Shown here piece after piece: positions 10,823 through 20,246 of a stretch of DNA of 64,000 nt. The notes beneath the pieces are model-generated. The model did no database searches, was not told the origin of the DNA, and saw nothing but the letters and a program-made list of their open reading frames with translations. The stretch is from Nitrososphaeraceae archaeon (lineage in GTDB: Archaea; Thermoproteota; Nitrososphaeria; Nitrososphaerales; Nitrososphaeraceae), in contig DATFDI010000052.1 in assembly GCA_035252175.1 (NCBI GenBank), positions 5,193 through 69,192 on the forward strand, in the 5' to 3' direction. The position numbers were made by a program, and so were the translations under genes. Numbering within the stretch: position 1 is the stretch's first letter; every line of letters starts with the position of its first letter.

Positions 10823-10878
10823 TAACGTAACAACAGATTGGCCATTCTATGATAACGATAAGTAATTAACGTAACAAC
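10823..10878. promoter_or_regulatory. two exact copies of TAACGTAACAAC, 44 nt apart
   Basis: Copies at 10823..10834 and 10867..10878, in the divergent pirin / NmrA-like intergenic region. Confidence 0.3.
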
Positions 10879-11100
10879 GAATTTACTTTTATAGCGTTAT
10901 TAGATTGATTGTTTTCTTTCAATCTCCTGCATTCTAGCTGTTTAAGCCATTATTTGGTCTGATAGCTGTACTATAGAATCGTCCTTCATTTTATCACGAT
11001 TTCGTTATGCTTGATTTACTTCCTCTAGCTCTTCCACCAAATGGCTGACTGTTGGAAATAAATAGTCTGTGAAATTATATTTAAAAAAGATAACAAAATA

Positions 11101-11955
11101 ATGCCAGAAACTATTTTGGTTACAGGTGCTACTGGAACTGTAGGTAGTGAAGTGGTAAAGCAGCTTGTATCTTCATCGTCATCTTCTCCAGATAAGAATG
11201 ACATCATTATCAAAGCAGCAATTCATTCACAAAATAAAGATGATAATTTCAAACAGTATAACAAATCAATCCAAGTCGTCAACCTAGACTATAACAAACC
11301 AGAAACTATTGCTGATGCGCTAAACCAAGTAGATAGACTGTTCCTACTAACTTTGCCATCTCCTGACATGACAGTTTATTCTAATTTGGTGAAAGAAATT
11401 AGCAAATACAGTGATAGTATCAATCACATAGTGAAATTATCTTCCATGGCAGCTGATGATGATGAAGAAGATATAGGACTTGCAACCACAATTGGACGAA
11501 TACATAGAGAAGAAGAAAAAATCATTCAAGAATCTGGCATACCATGTACATTCATTCGTCATCCTGCATTTATGCAGAATTTCATAACTCAATATGGTTA
11601 TACAATAAGAACCCAAGATGCATTTTATATTCCTGGGGAAGATGCAAAAATAAGTTTTATAGATGCTAGAGACGTTGCAGCTTTAGCTGTAAAATCACTT
11701 ACAAGTAACAATCAACAGCACACAGGAAAGTCATATACAATTACTGCAGAAGAAGCAATATCATATAGACAAGTTGCTGAAATCCTGTCTAAAGAAGCTG
11801 GTAGAAGAATATCGTACGTGGACATATCAGAGCAAGATGCACGAAAAAGACTGAAAGAGAGCGGTATGTATGATTGGCTTGTTGACGCTATAATGGAGTT
11901 CTATAGCATTATCAAAACAGGGCATGCATCAAAAACTACTAATATGTTTGAATAG
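11101..11955 (+). CDS. NmrA-like NAD(P)-binding protein (ends at a TAG that looks premature)
   Basis: Rossmann motif 'ILVTGATGTVGSEVV'. A family-typical C-terminal tail continues in frame after the TAG (see findings). Confidence 0.8.
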   Translation: MPETILVTGATGTVGSEVVKQLVSSSSSSPDKNDIIIKAAIHSQNKDDNFKQYNKSIQVVNLDYNKPETIADALNQVDRLFLLTLPSPDMTVYSNLVKEISKYSDSINHIVKLSSMAADDDEEDIGLATTIGRIHREEEKIIQESGIPCTFIRHPAFMQNFITQYGYTIRTQDAFYIPGEDAKISFIDARDVAALAVKSLTSNNQQHTGKSYTITAEEAISYRQVAEILSKEAGRRISYVDISEQDARKRLKESGMYDWLVDAIMEFYSIIKTGHASKTTNMFE

Positions 11956-12145
11956 ATAATGGGAAGAAAACCTATATCCTTTAGTCAATTTGCAAGAGAT
12001 TATGCACAAGCTTTTAGGTAGATTTTTCCGCATTGGAGACTCTATTGAAGAGCTATCAACATATTATAGATAAAAGAAACCCCTATCAATTGAAAGCTGC
12101 AATCCCTCAACTGTAAGAAGAAATCGACCTATGATGGTTCACGGT

Positions 12146-12756
12146 TCATGTATGCATAGTTCGAAAAGTTAAGTTTATTCTGGGTTGAGTGACGTTCTTA
12201 GATTTGGGTAAGCTATGTAACCAATTGCTTTGTGTAGCACCTTTCATTATAAGCAAACTGCCATGTTCTAGTACTAGCGATACAATTTGTTTAGTTCGCT
12301 TATGTCTAAATGAGAACTTTCGTTCCGCTCCAAAACTCAACGAAGCAATAGTATTATTCTTTCCTAGTGGCTTTCATCATCACTATGCCATCCCATACCT
12401 TCATTTCCATTATGATACAAGTTTAGCAAACAGGAATTGAATTTTGTTACTGTATGTTTTTCAACTATTTGCTTAAGTTCAGAAAGTTCCTTAGTCCATG
12501 TTAATGCTCGCTTTGTTGTGTTAGAATAAGTATACAAGTATTCAGAATCACCATACCATGCTACTTTTCTTTTAGTAGTAACGTGTTTACCAAAGAAGAC
12601 AAGGTCGTCATTTTCCCATTGGATATTTTGCATTAACAAATCAAAGTACTGATTTGCTTCTTCAGCAGATAAAATCTTCCCATAATAGTTTACTATACCG
12701 TCTTTATTCAGGATATTATTATTTGCCATGGATTTATTCAATATGATAGAAGTCAT
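12146..12756 (-). pseudogene. alkB: AlkB-type 2OG-Fe(II) dioxygenase, split by one frameshift
   Basis: ORF 12364..12756 ends '...GWHSDDESH*'. ORF 12146..12340 carries 'SFGAERKFSFRH...HGSLLIMKGATQSNWLHSLPK...RINLTFR'. In a shifted frame the junction reads 'PLGKNNTIASLSFGAERKF', so a single-nucleotide indel near 12362..12366 is implied. Confidence 0.8.
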
Positions 12757-13655
12757 TTGTTTCAGTGACTTAATTAATTTAGATTATGACGAATATGATT
12801 GCTGCTTTCTTTCAAATTCCTGCATTTTAGCAGTTAAAGCTATGACTTGAGGGATTCGTTTAAGCTATTATGAAGCAAATATGTTGTATTAGATACCAAC
12901 CACAACCGCATTGAATGCAAAAAAATTGAGAATTAAACTAGTTAATAAATCCTTGTTCAAAAAGAAACGCAATAGGTGTAGTAAAAGAAGCAGCATAATA
13001 GAAATAAAGCACAAAAATATACAATTTTTATTTTATAAGCAAGGTTAACTTAATAGCATTTGAAATCAGAACACACGATGACGTGGAATCTCATTTTAAT
13101 TAATACAATAAGTGTAGCAATAGAAATGATTTTTTAAGATTCTAGATTCATTATAAAATATGATGTGTAATGACATTACATCACCAAGATATACAATATA
13201 AGTACTATAATAGGCAAACATAAAATGCAGTATTTGTAAGAACGTGACTGAGACTATTTGTAGGTCATGCGGTTCAGAAAAATTGCATGTCAAGTTTATG
13301 TGAATTATGTACCCAACCAATAAACTTTGAATGTATTCATTGTGGATATCTTACTGATGATAAAGTGCAGTGGATTGTAAAAATACAGATTTTTTTGTCA
13401 GCAAGTCTATAAAATAATAACAAATGTGAGTGGCATGCTTTCTGAAAAAGGAAATGACAGTATACATGTGGGCGGTAGTAAAAATATGAATATGGATATG
13501 AGTAAGAATATGAATCGAAGAAGCCCTCAATAACAATGCCAGACATGAAGATGCGATATCATAAAAATACACTGGATATATTAAAAATCTGGTTTAACAT
13601 GGTTATTCAAAATTAATAATCAAATAATCGTATTGTCTAACAAGAACATTAGGTC

Positions 13656-13913
13656 TTGTCATCAGAAGAGGAACAACAAATGAAGAGAATATATAATAAT
13701 ATTTTGTTGTCTAGAGATTCTACTGAGAAGAAAAAAGGTGTCAAGGCATTATCTAGTTATGGAAGGAAAGCAATACCACTCATACAAGAGCTTCGTAATA
13801 TAGAAACAAATGAAGAAGTGAAAAACTATATGTTTGATATTATAACTCGAATAGAAAAAGCAATTCTGTATGTTTTTTCTAAGTTAGGTTTCATAAATTA
13901 TTATCTTGACTGA
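13656..13913 (+). CDS. small HEAT-repeat-like protein (hypothetical)
   Basis: 'KKGVKALSSYGRKAIPLIQELRN' resembles a HEAT/PBS-lyase repeat. TTG start. Confidence 0.3.
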   Translation: MSSEEEQQMKRIYNNILLSRDSTEKKKGVKALSSYGRKAIPLIQELRNIETNEEVKNYMFDIITRIEKAILYVFSKLGFINYYLD

Positions 13914-13982
13914 ATATATAATAAGTTTAATAGAATGCAATATAAGAAATAAAACCTATTTCATGAAGGAACAGTCTTAGTA

Positions 13983-15419
13983 GTGCAACATCAATATGGT
14001 CAGCCCAGTATCATTATTGCAATAGCCATTTTTGCAATAGTCTATTTTCTCATTATGTTTGGAAGAAGAAGACTTGGAATTCCGATTTGGACTTCAATGC
14101 TTATTGGTGCTGCACTTATGATTGCTTTTCAAATTATAGATACACAATCAGCTTTCAAATCGATTAATTTAGATGTCATATGTTTTCTTTTCGGGATGTT
14201 AAGCATCGTCTCAGCACTTGATAACTCTGGAGTGCTTAGGCTAGTATCAATAAAGATGTTAGAGAAAGCCAAACATAACCCCTCTTTAATATTAATGGCA
14301 TTTGTTGTTGGTTTAGGATTACTTTCAGCATTTTTAGTAAATGATACCATAGCAGTAATTGGAATTCCACTTGTTATCTATATTTCAAGACACGTGGGTA
14401 TTAGGTCACAAGTTCTTCTTATTGCTCTAGCATTTGGAATTACAGTCGGAAGCACTATGACTCCAATAGGAAATCCTCAAAACCTCTTGATTGCCATTCA
14501 AAGTGGAATTCCGCTACCTTTTCTAACTTTCATTAGATACCTTGGCATTCCAACTATAGTCAATTTATTTCTAACATACTTTATTTTGATGGCATATTAC
14601 AGAAAGGAATTATTTTTGCTCCCAAGCAATACTATGATACCAACAATGACAAATGGGCATCAACAAAGCTATCATGATGCTAAAAAAAGGCTGGAGTACT
14701 CCAAAGATTGTCTTACTGGTAAAACAGCCACTTTATCTAATGGTCAAGGAGCAATAATTACAAACCCACGTCTTGCAAAGATTTCTATTATAATATTATT
14801 GACAACCATTGCAGGCTTCATGATTTCAGACCTCTTACAGTTTGCATATCATACTAAAGCAAATTTGTCTTTGAGTACAATCGCATTGCTTGGAGCTACT
14901 GCTCTTTATGCTTTGGCTAAGGAGCGCATGGAAATATTGGTAACAGTAGACTATTCTGTTTTAGTATTTTTTGCTGCAATGTTTGTATTTACTTATGGTT
15001 TATGGTCCTCTGGTATTGTTCATTTAGTTCTGTCCTATTTTCCTACTCCTGATAAAAATGATACTGTTCAAAGCAATGCCATAATTTCTGCTATTAGTAT
15101 AACATTAAGCCAATTATTAAGCAATGTACCGTTTGTTGCTATATACAACATGGTAATGATAAACAATGGTTTTGCAAATGGAGTTCATGGCAGTGGCAGT
15201 GGAAGCAATGACAATACCAGTCAATGGATGATGTTAGCCGCTGCATGTACCATTGCAGGGAACCTTACAGTTTTAGCAGCCGCAAGCAACATAATTATTG
15301 TTGAATCAGCTGAATCTAGAGGCATCAAAGCATTTACTTTTTTTGAATATTTTAAAATTGGTGTAATAGTAACGTTAGCAAACATCGTGGTATATTATTT
15401 CTTTATTCTTTTACTATAA
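13983..15419 (+). CDS. ArsB/NhaD (CitMHS/SLC13-like) superfamily anion permease
   Basis: 478 aa with many TM helices in two halves separated by a hydrophilic loop. 'GSTMTPIGNPQNLLI' and 'LSNVPFVA' resemble motifs of this superfamily. Confidence 0.7.
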   Translation: MQHQYGQPSIIIAIAIFAIVYFLIMFGRRRLGIPIWTSMLIGAALMIAFQIIDTQSAFKSINLDVICFLFGMLSIVSALDNSGVLRLVSIKMLEKAKHNPSLILMAFVVGLGLLSAFLVNDTIAVIGIPLVIYISRHVGIRSQVLLIALAFGITVGSTMTPIGNPQNLLIAIQSGIPLPFLTFIRYLGIPTIVNLFLTYFILMAYYRKELFLLPSNTMIPTMTNGHQQSYHDAKKRLEYSKDCLTGKTATLSNGQGAIITNPRLAKISIIILLTTIAGFMISDLLQFAYHTKANLSLSTIALLGATALYALAKERMEILVTVDYSVLVFFAAMFVFTYGLWSSGIVHLVLSYFPTPDKNDTVQSNAIISAISITLSQLLSNVPFVAIYNMVMINNGFANGVHGSGSGSNDNTSQWMMLAAACTIAGNLTVLAAASNIIIVESAESRGIKAFTFFEYFKIGVIVTLANIVVYYFFILLL

Positions 15420-15515
15420 GTTGATAAATATTGTATGCATCTATGTATGTTTAAAGTATTCATTTATCATCACGTTGTTTTATTTCTTAAAGTCTTACTA
15501 CAGCCTGTATGACAT

Positions 15516-15911
15516 TTAGTAGTTCATTTCACACGTGATTATCGTATTTCTTAGTGCATTAGGTGTAAATGGCTTTGTAATAAAAGCATCTATTGTTACG
15601 TCTGGTAATACGTTTGAGAATTCATTCTGCGACATTTCAAAAGAAGTCATAAGTGCTACTTTTACTTTTGAATTAATGCGCTTAATTCGCTTCACAAATT
15701 CATAACCATTGATTTGCGACATTGAAATATCAGAAATGACCATAGAATGATTTTTTGGATTTGATTTAAAATGCTCTAATGCTATTGATGGACTAGTAAA
15801 AGTACATACATTGTAGCCATACATTCGTAGACAGAACCTAATCAAGTCAATAACCCACTGTTCATCATCAATTACCAAAATGTGCTTAATATCAGTGTGA
15901 ATTTGTTGCAA
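15516..15911 (-). CDS. stand-alone response-regulator receiver domain
   Basis: 'ILVIDDEQ', the phospho-acceptor context 'VISDISMSQINGYEF', and 'FITKPF'. Confidence 0.8.
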   Translation of the reverse strand: MQQIHTDIKHILVIDDEQWVIDLIRFCLRMYGYNVCTFTSPSIALEHFKSNPKNHSMVISDISMSQINGYEFVKRIKRINSKVKVALMTSFEMSQNEFSNVLPDVTIDAFITKPFTPNALRNTIITCEMNY

Positions 15912-16430
15912 TCGATTCTTGAATGTGAATGCAAAGCTTTTAATATAAACTGTTGATTAACAATGTTAATTGAAAGCGATTATATGACTTAAAATCTCAT
16001 TAGAACAAAAAGACAATTCAAATCTATGGTAAAAGTAATGCAATTATTTAATACTATGTAGTCCATATCTTAATGCTACTCTGTACTTTGTACTCTGTAG
16101 ATTATAGGAAAAGGCTATAACTATAGTAAGTGAGATAATCTCCCCCTACGTCACGACCTTTTGTCTCAAACTGTGGCATGGCCTTTAATTTGTCTGCAAT
16201 TGTGCGACTAATTCAGACGCTATCCTATGTGGATTAGATTTGTTATTATGTATCATATGGTATATAGTAGTTATTACATAAATAATATCAATAATCATAT
16301 ATCTCTATAAAATGGTGGATTACGGTATTGATATTGGGCATTTATACTCTTATTTGTGACATAATAGAAAATTGATTCATTAACTAAGTTATGTAATCGT
16401 TAAAAACGATATATCTCATATTCTGAGTGT

Positions 16431-16802
16431 ATGAAAAAAACTATTGTTAAAACGACAAGCAAATCAGAGAGGTCTATAACAATTGCCGTCTACATTATTG
16501 CTGCTGCAATCCTTGTACTTGGTCTTTCGCATATTGGTACTTCATATGCTCAAACAAATTCAAATAATAATTTAGCAGGTGTTATGAAGAATATTGATGC
16601 AGGTATTTCTGCAATTAAGAGTGGAGACAGTAATGGTGCGAAGAAGTCATTACTACAAGCAGAATCAGCCTTAGAAGGTAACCCTAAGTTATCTACTGCT
16701 GAAAAACATGTCGAATCATCACTTCAGGCCCTGAAAGATGGAGATACTAATGGAGCAATCAACCATGCTCAAGAAGCAAAGGGTGGCCTAAGTTCGGTTT
16801 AA
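16431..16802 (+). CDS. signal-anchored small helical-repeat protein
   Basis: N-terminal anchor 'SITIAVYIIAAAILV'. Internal repeat 'AIKSGDSNGAKKSLLQAESAL' / 'ALKDGDTNGAINHAQEAKGGL'. Confidence 0.45.
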   Translation: MKKTIVKTTSKSERSITIAVYIIAAAILVLGLSHIGTSYAQTNSNNNLAGVMKNIDAGISAIKSGDSNGAKKSLLQAESALEGNPKLSTAEKHVESSLQALKDGDTNGAINHAQEAKGGLSSV

Positions 16803-16858
16803 TGCAATCTCTCACGCTTTTTATTTTGTAGTTTTATACTAATGGTGAATAATAATAA

Positions 16859-17362
16859 ATGAAAAAAATTGAGCAGCAAAAATATAAGAATATAAATAAA
16901 AGAATTACAATAATAGTTTACTCTCTTGCTGCAGTACTTGTTGCTTCTGGAATAGCATACATAATGGTTGCTAATAGTGAATATAGCGACTATAAGGATT
17001 TAGCTAGTGTAGGTGTAAAGGGCGGCGAAGTTGCAGAGAAGCAATTTGAAATATCATTCTTCATAGTTGCGGCTGCTATATACTTTGGGCTGTGCGTATG
17101 GGTATTAAAATCAAAAGAGAAGAGAACAAAAGCACCTTATGTTATCTCAATAGCAGTATCAGTATTCTTGATAGTAGCTTACGTTGCATCCAGAACAGTA
17201 GGGGTACCAATTGTTGGAGTAGAATACTATGTTGGACGTCTTGACATTCTCGCTAAAGCGCTTCAAGCTATAGTAATCGGGTTATCATTTGTTGCTATCC
17301 TCAACATGAAAAAGCAAAAGAGCATAGCTGAAAGTAGATTCCGCTATGAAAAATCAATATAA
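16859..17362 (+). CDS. membrane protein (about 4 TM)
   Basis: Hydrophobic helices. Its N-terminus 'RITIIVYSLAAV' is paralogous to that of 16431..16802. Confidence 0.45.
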   Translation: MKKIEQQKYKNINKRITIIVYSLAAVLVASGIAYIMVANSEYSDYKDLASVGVKGGEVAEKQFEISFFIVAAAIYFGLCVWVLKSKEKRTKAPYVISIAVSVFLIVAYVASRTVGVPIVGVEYYVGRLDILAKALQAIVIGLSFVAILNMKKQKSIAESRFRYEKSI

Positions 17363-18138
17363 CTAGATCTTCTTCAGCCCTAGGTGAAAAAGTAAAATAT
17401 GTTAACTCAGACAAGATTACCCTAATTAAAACGTGCTAAGTAGCTAATAAGTTCTCTAGTCAAGAGACTTCGGAGTTAGAATTAATAGAATGCATAATTA
17501 TTGTCTGTTATAAACTAAAAAGAGAAGTATAGGATGTTTTATGAAAAAACCAATTACGATAATTGTTTAGTCAAAAGACTTAGCGCAGAGCTAGAATAGA
17601 TAGTAATGGCAATGGCGACAGCATATTCTCTTTCTTACCAACCAATAATGTAGTCATTGTGGCTCAGCAACTAGGTTAATTGCCTTTATAGCTACTGACA
17701 TTCTTATTATTATTGGTGTTGGCTTTGTAGGAAGAAATGTAAGGATTTTAAAGCATCAGTATAAGGAGAGAAAAGCTAGCTAATTCGAACAGATAATGCT
17801 ATTGCTATCCCCGAAGAGCAAAAACTACTTTCTGATTATTTGTAGGTGTGTTTATGCAAGGTTTAGGGTCTTAATCTTATAACACAATAGTAATTGTAGC
17901 TGTCTTAATAGTTACTTTATACCTCAAATAGAGTTAGTAATACTTTGTACGGCTTAGTATTATTTGGCAATAAGAATTAATGTTAGCTAGATATACTTTC
18001 ACTAATCTACTTGTAGATACTGCCTGTGGTTATTGGCCAGACCAAAAGACAGGAGATCATACTCTAATTATACAGTACATCGGAACCACTTATCAAGGGC
18101 TTTATCCAAGTTATCAAAAATGGCCTGGAATAATGTGT

Positions 18139-18163
18139 ATATTTGATATTTGATATTTGATAT
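18139..18163. repeat. (ATATTTG) tandem repeat, about 3.5 copies
   Basis: Read directly. Confidence 0.8.
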
Positions 18164-18436
18164 ATCTACAGGAATTGCCTATTAAGAATCTAATATAAAT
18201 CTACATACAAATTCTATACGACTGTAAATAGGATCACTGATTCATTATATCCAAGATAAATCCCATACAAATATTATTAACCTCTAAATATGTGTATTGG
18301 AACAATCAAAATTAAGAATCAGGATTGTAAAGATGTGTATAGAAATATATCGCACCGTTCTGTTGATATCTGTATCAAAAGACCTTCCTTAATGAGAATT
18401 GTTATGAGACATTAAAACTATAATGGGCCACATACA

Positions 18437-20029
18437 ATGACTTCAGTCTTAAAGAATATGATAAACTCAAATCTATTCTTTCTGGTCATACCAATGATAT
18501 TATGCGCATATACCCATTTTTGGAATCCACTTGGATTTCCTGTTGGTCCATCCTATGATGAAAACATTTACCTACGTCGAACTATGAACGTTCTGATTAA
18601 TCTGGGACCACAAGAATCACAGTTATATGACCATCCGTATTTTTTGCAGGTATTTCTTGGAGGAATACTTAAGATTATAGGTTATCCTCATTCATTAAAT
18701 CCTATTGCAGGTGATATCCATTCTATTGAGATGCTATATCTTGTACCAAAGTTGATAATGGGGGCACTTTCGATAATTGATACTTTCCTTATATATAAGA
18801 TAGCAGAATGCTATTACAATAAGAACAACAATAATGACAACAAAACTAAATATAATATAAAAATCGCATTTATTGCATCTGTTATTTTCGCAGTTATGCC
18901 ACTGACATTGATGACTAGAATAGTATGGCTAGAGTCCATACAACTTCCTTTCCTTTTATCTTCGATATTGTTTGCAACATATACAAAAAAAGCATCGGTA
19001 AAAGAAGGCAGTAGCACAGATAAAGTCGATAAAAATAAGAGAAATATTTTAATTTTAAGTATGTCGTCAGGTATTTTTCTTGGGTTGACTATATTTACAA
19101 AAATGCCTGCCTTTACGTTCATACCTTTAGTAGGATATCTTGTCTTCACTACCATTAGTCACATGAATAAGATAAAGTTCAAGGCAATTGTATCTTGGTT
19201 GAGTCCGGTACTCTCAATACCTTTAATTTGGCCAGTGTATTCGTTGTATTCTGGCCACTTTAGTCTATGGTCTAAAGGAATATTTTTTCAGACTCATAGA
19301 ACTGTGCAATCATTTTTTTCTTCTATAAAATATGATTTTTTTAATATAGATCCAGTCTTCATAAGTATTGGTTTCGCAGGTTTTATATTTTCAGGGGTAA
19401 TTAAAAGAGACCTGTTAATCTTATTATGGATAATTCCTTTTATGGTTTTCCTTTATATTATAGGCTTTGTATCCTATTGGCATTTTATTCCTGTATTTCC
19501 GGCATTATGTATTGCTGCTGCTAAAATGATAGTTGATTTACCAAATATTACTATCAAGAAGAAAAATGAAAATGAGAAGAACATTCATCAAACACTTCAG
19601 ATCATCGTAATCTTGGCAATAGCAATTTTTGGGGTAGTAAGTACCACACAGCTAATATCTGAAAAGACAGATACAAATATCCCATACTTTAAAGCATCTG
19701 CGTTTATAGTTAAATATCTGCAAGATAATGAGAATAAAAAATTAGATAACAATAATGGTAAATTTACTCTTATCTCCAATCCATTTTATTCTTGGATACC
19801 CTTCTACGTATTTAATCTGCATTATGATAGTATTGACTATTATGATAGTCCGGTCTCAGTTAAAACTAAAAAAGTTCTTCTGGTGTCTGATCCAGTTCTG
19901 ATAAGTAGACTAAGCCACAATATGGTAGACAAATCAATTAAGAAATACTTGTATGGTGCAGATAAAGTCTTAACTATCGATGCTAATTCCTATACTACTA
20001 ATAAAGTGGTTATTTACATACATCAATAG
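18437..20029 (+). CDS. GT-C fold glycosyltransferase (PMT/ArnT, GT39/83-like)
   Basis: 530 aa with many TM helices. The first extracytoplasmic loop has 'YDENIYLRR' (DExxY-type motif of ArnT/PMT_2 proteins). Confidence 0.6.
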   Translation: MTSVLKNMINSNLFFLVIPMILCAYTHFWNPLGFPVGPSYDENIYLRRTMNVLINLGPQESQLYDHPYFLQVFLGGILKIIGYPHSLNPIAGDIHSIEMLYLVPKLIMGALSIIDTFLIYKIAECYYNKNNNNDNKTKYNIKIAFIASVIFAVMPLTLMTRIVWLESIQLPFLLSSILFATYTKKASVKEGSSTDKVDKNKRNILILSMSSGIFLGLTIFTKMPAFTFIPLVGYLVFTTISHMNKIKFKAIVSWLSPVLSIPLIWPVYSLYSGHFSLWSKGIFFQTHRTVQSFFSSIKYDFFNIDPVFISIGFAGFIFSGVIKRDLLILLWIIPFMVFLYIIGFVSYWHFIPVFPALCIAAAKMIVDLPNITIKKKNENEKNIHQTLQIIVILAIAIFGVVSTTQLISEKTDTNIPYFKASAFIVKYLQDNENKKLDNNNGKFTLISNPFYSWIPFYVFNLHYDSIDYYDSPVSVKTKKVLLVSDPVLISRLSHNMVDKSIKKYLYGADKVLTIDANSYTTNKVVIYIHQ

Positions 20030-20246
20030 GGTATTCGGAATAAGACAAGACAATAACAATACTCATTTCATTCCACATGGGCATTTCGATAAACTTGTGC
20101 CATACGTAGCAATCAGATGAGATTATTGTTGTATTCAATATATATTTGATCATTAAAAGCGCTGATTGATCATATCACACTAGCACAATCGGCCGGCTAT
20201 TATAATAACAAGAGTAATATAATGATTATAATGTTAATTTAAGTGC

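Noticed and set aside
11025-11213. 62-aa minus-strand ORF at the NmrA-like start
   Set aside because: It lies antisense to the Rossmann-motif region of a supported gene.
11953-11955. In-frame TAG in the NmrA-like gene as pyrrolysine
   Set aside because: No pyl genes are in view. Pyl decoding is known from methanogen-related lineages and a few bacteria, not from the lineage suggested here. A nonsense mutation or a sequencing error is simpler.
8295-12126. Calling the repeat-bracketed 3.8-kb block an integrated mobile element
   Set aside because: No integrase, transposase or tRNA target is visible, and the cargo genes are ordinary redox enzymes. It is kept as a finding about the repeats only.
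13096-13572. Three minus-strand ORFs in the 12.8-13.6 kb spacer
   Set aside because: Their translations are Tyr/Phe/Ile/His-rich and low in complexity (for example SYSYSYPYSYFYY, from an ATATGAAT-like quasi-repeat), they overlap each other, and no domain signal is present.
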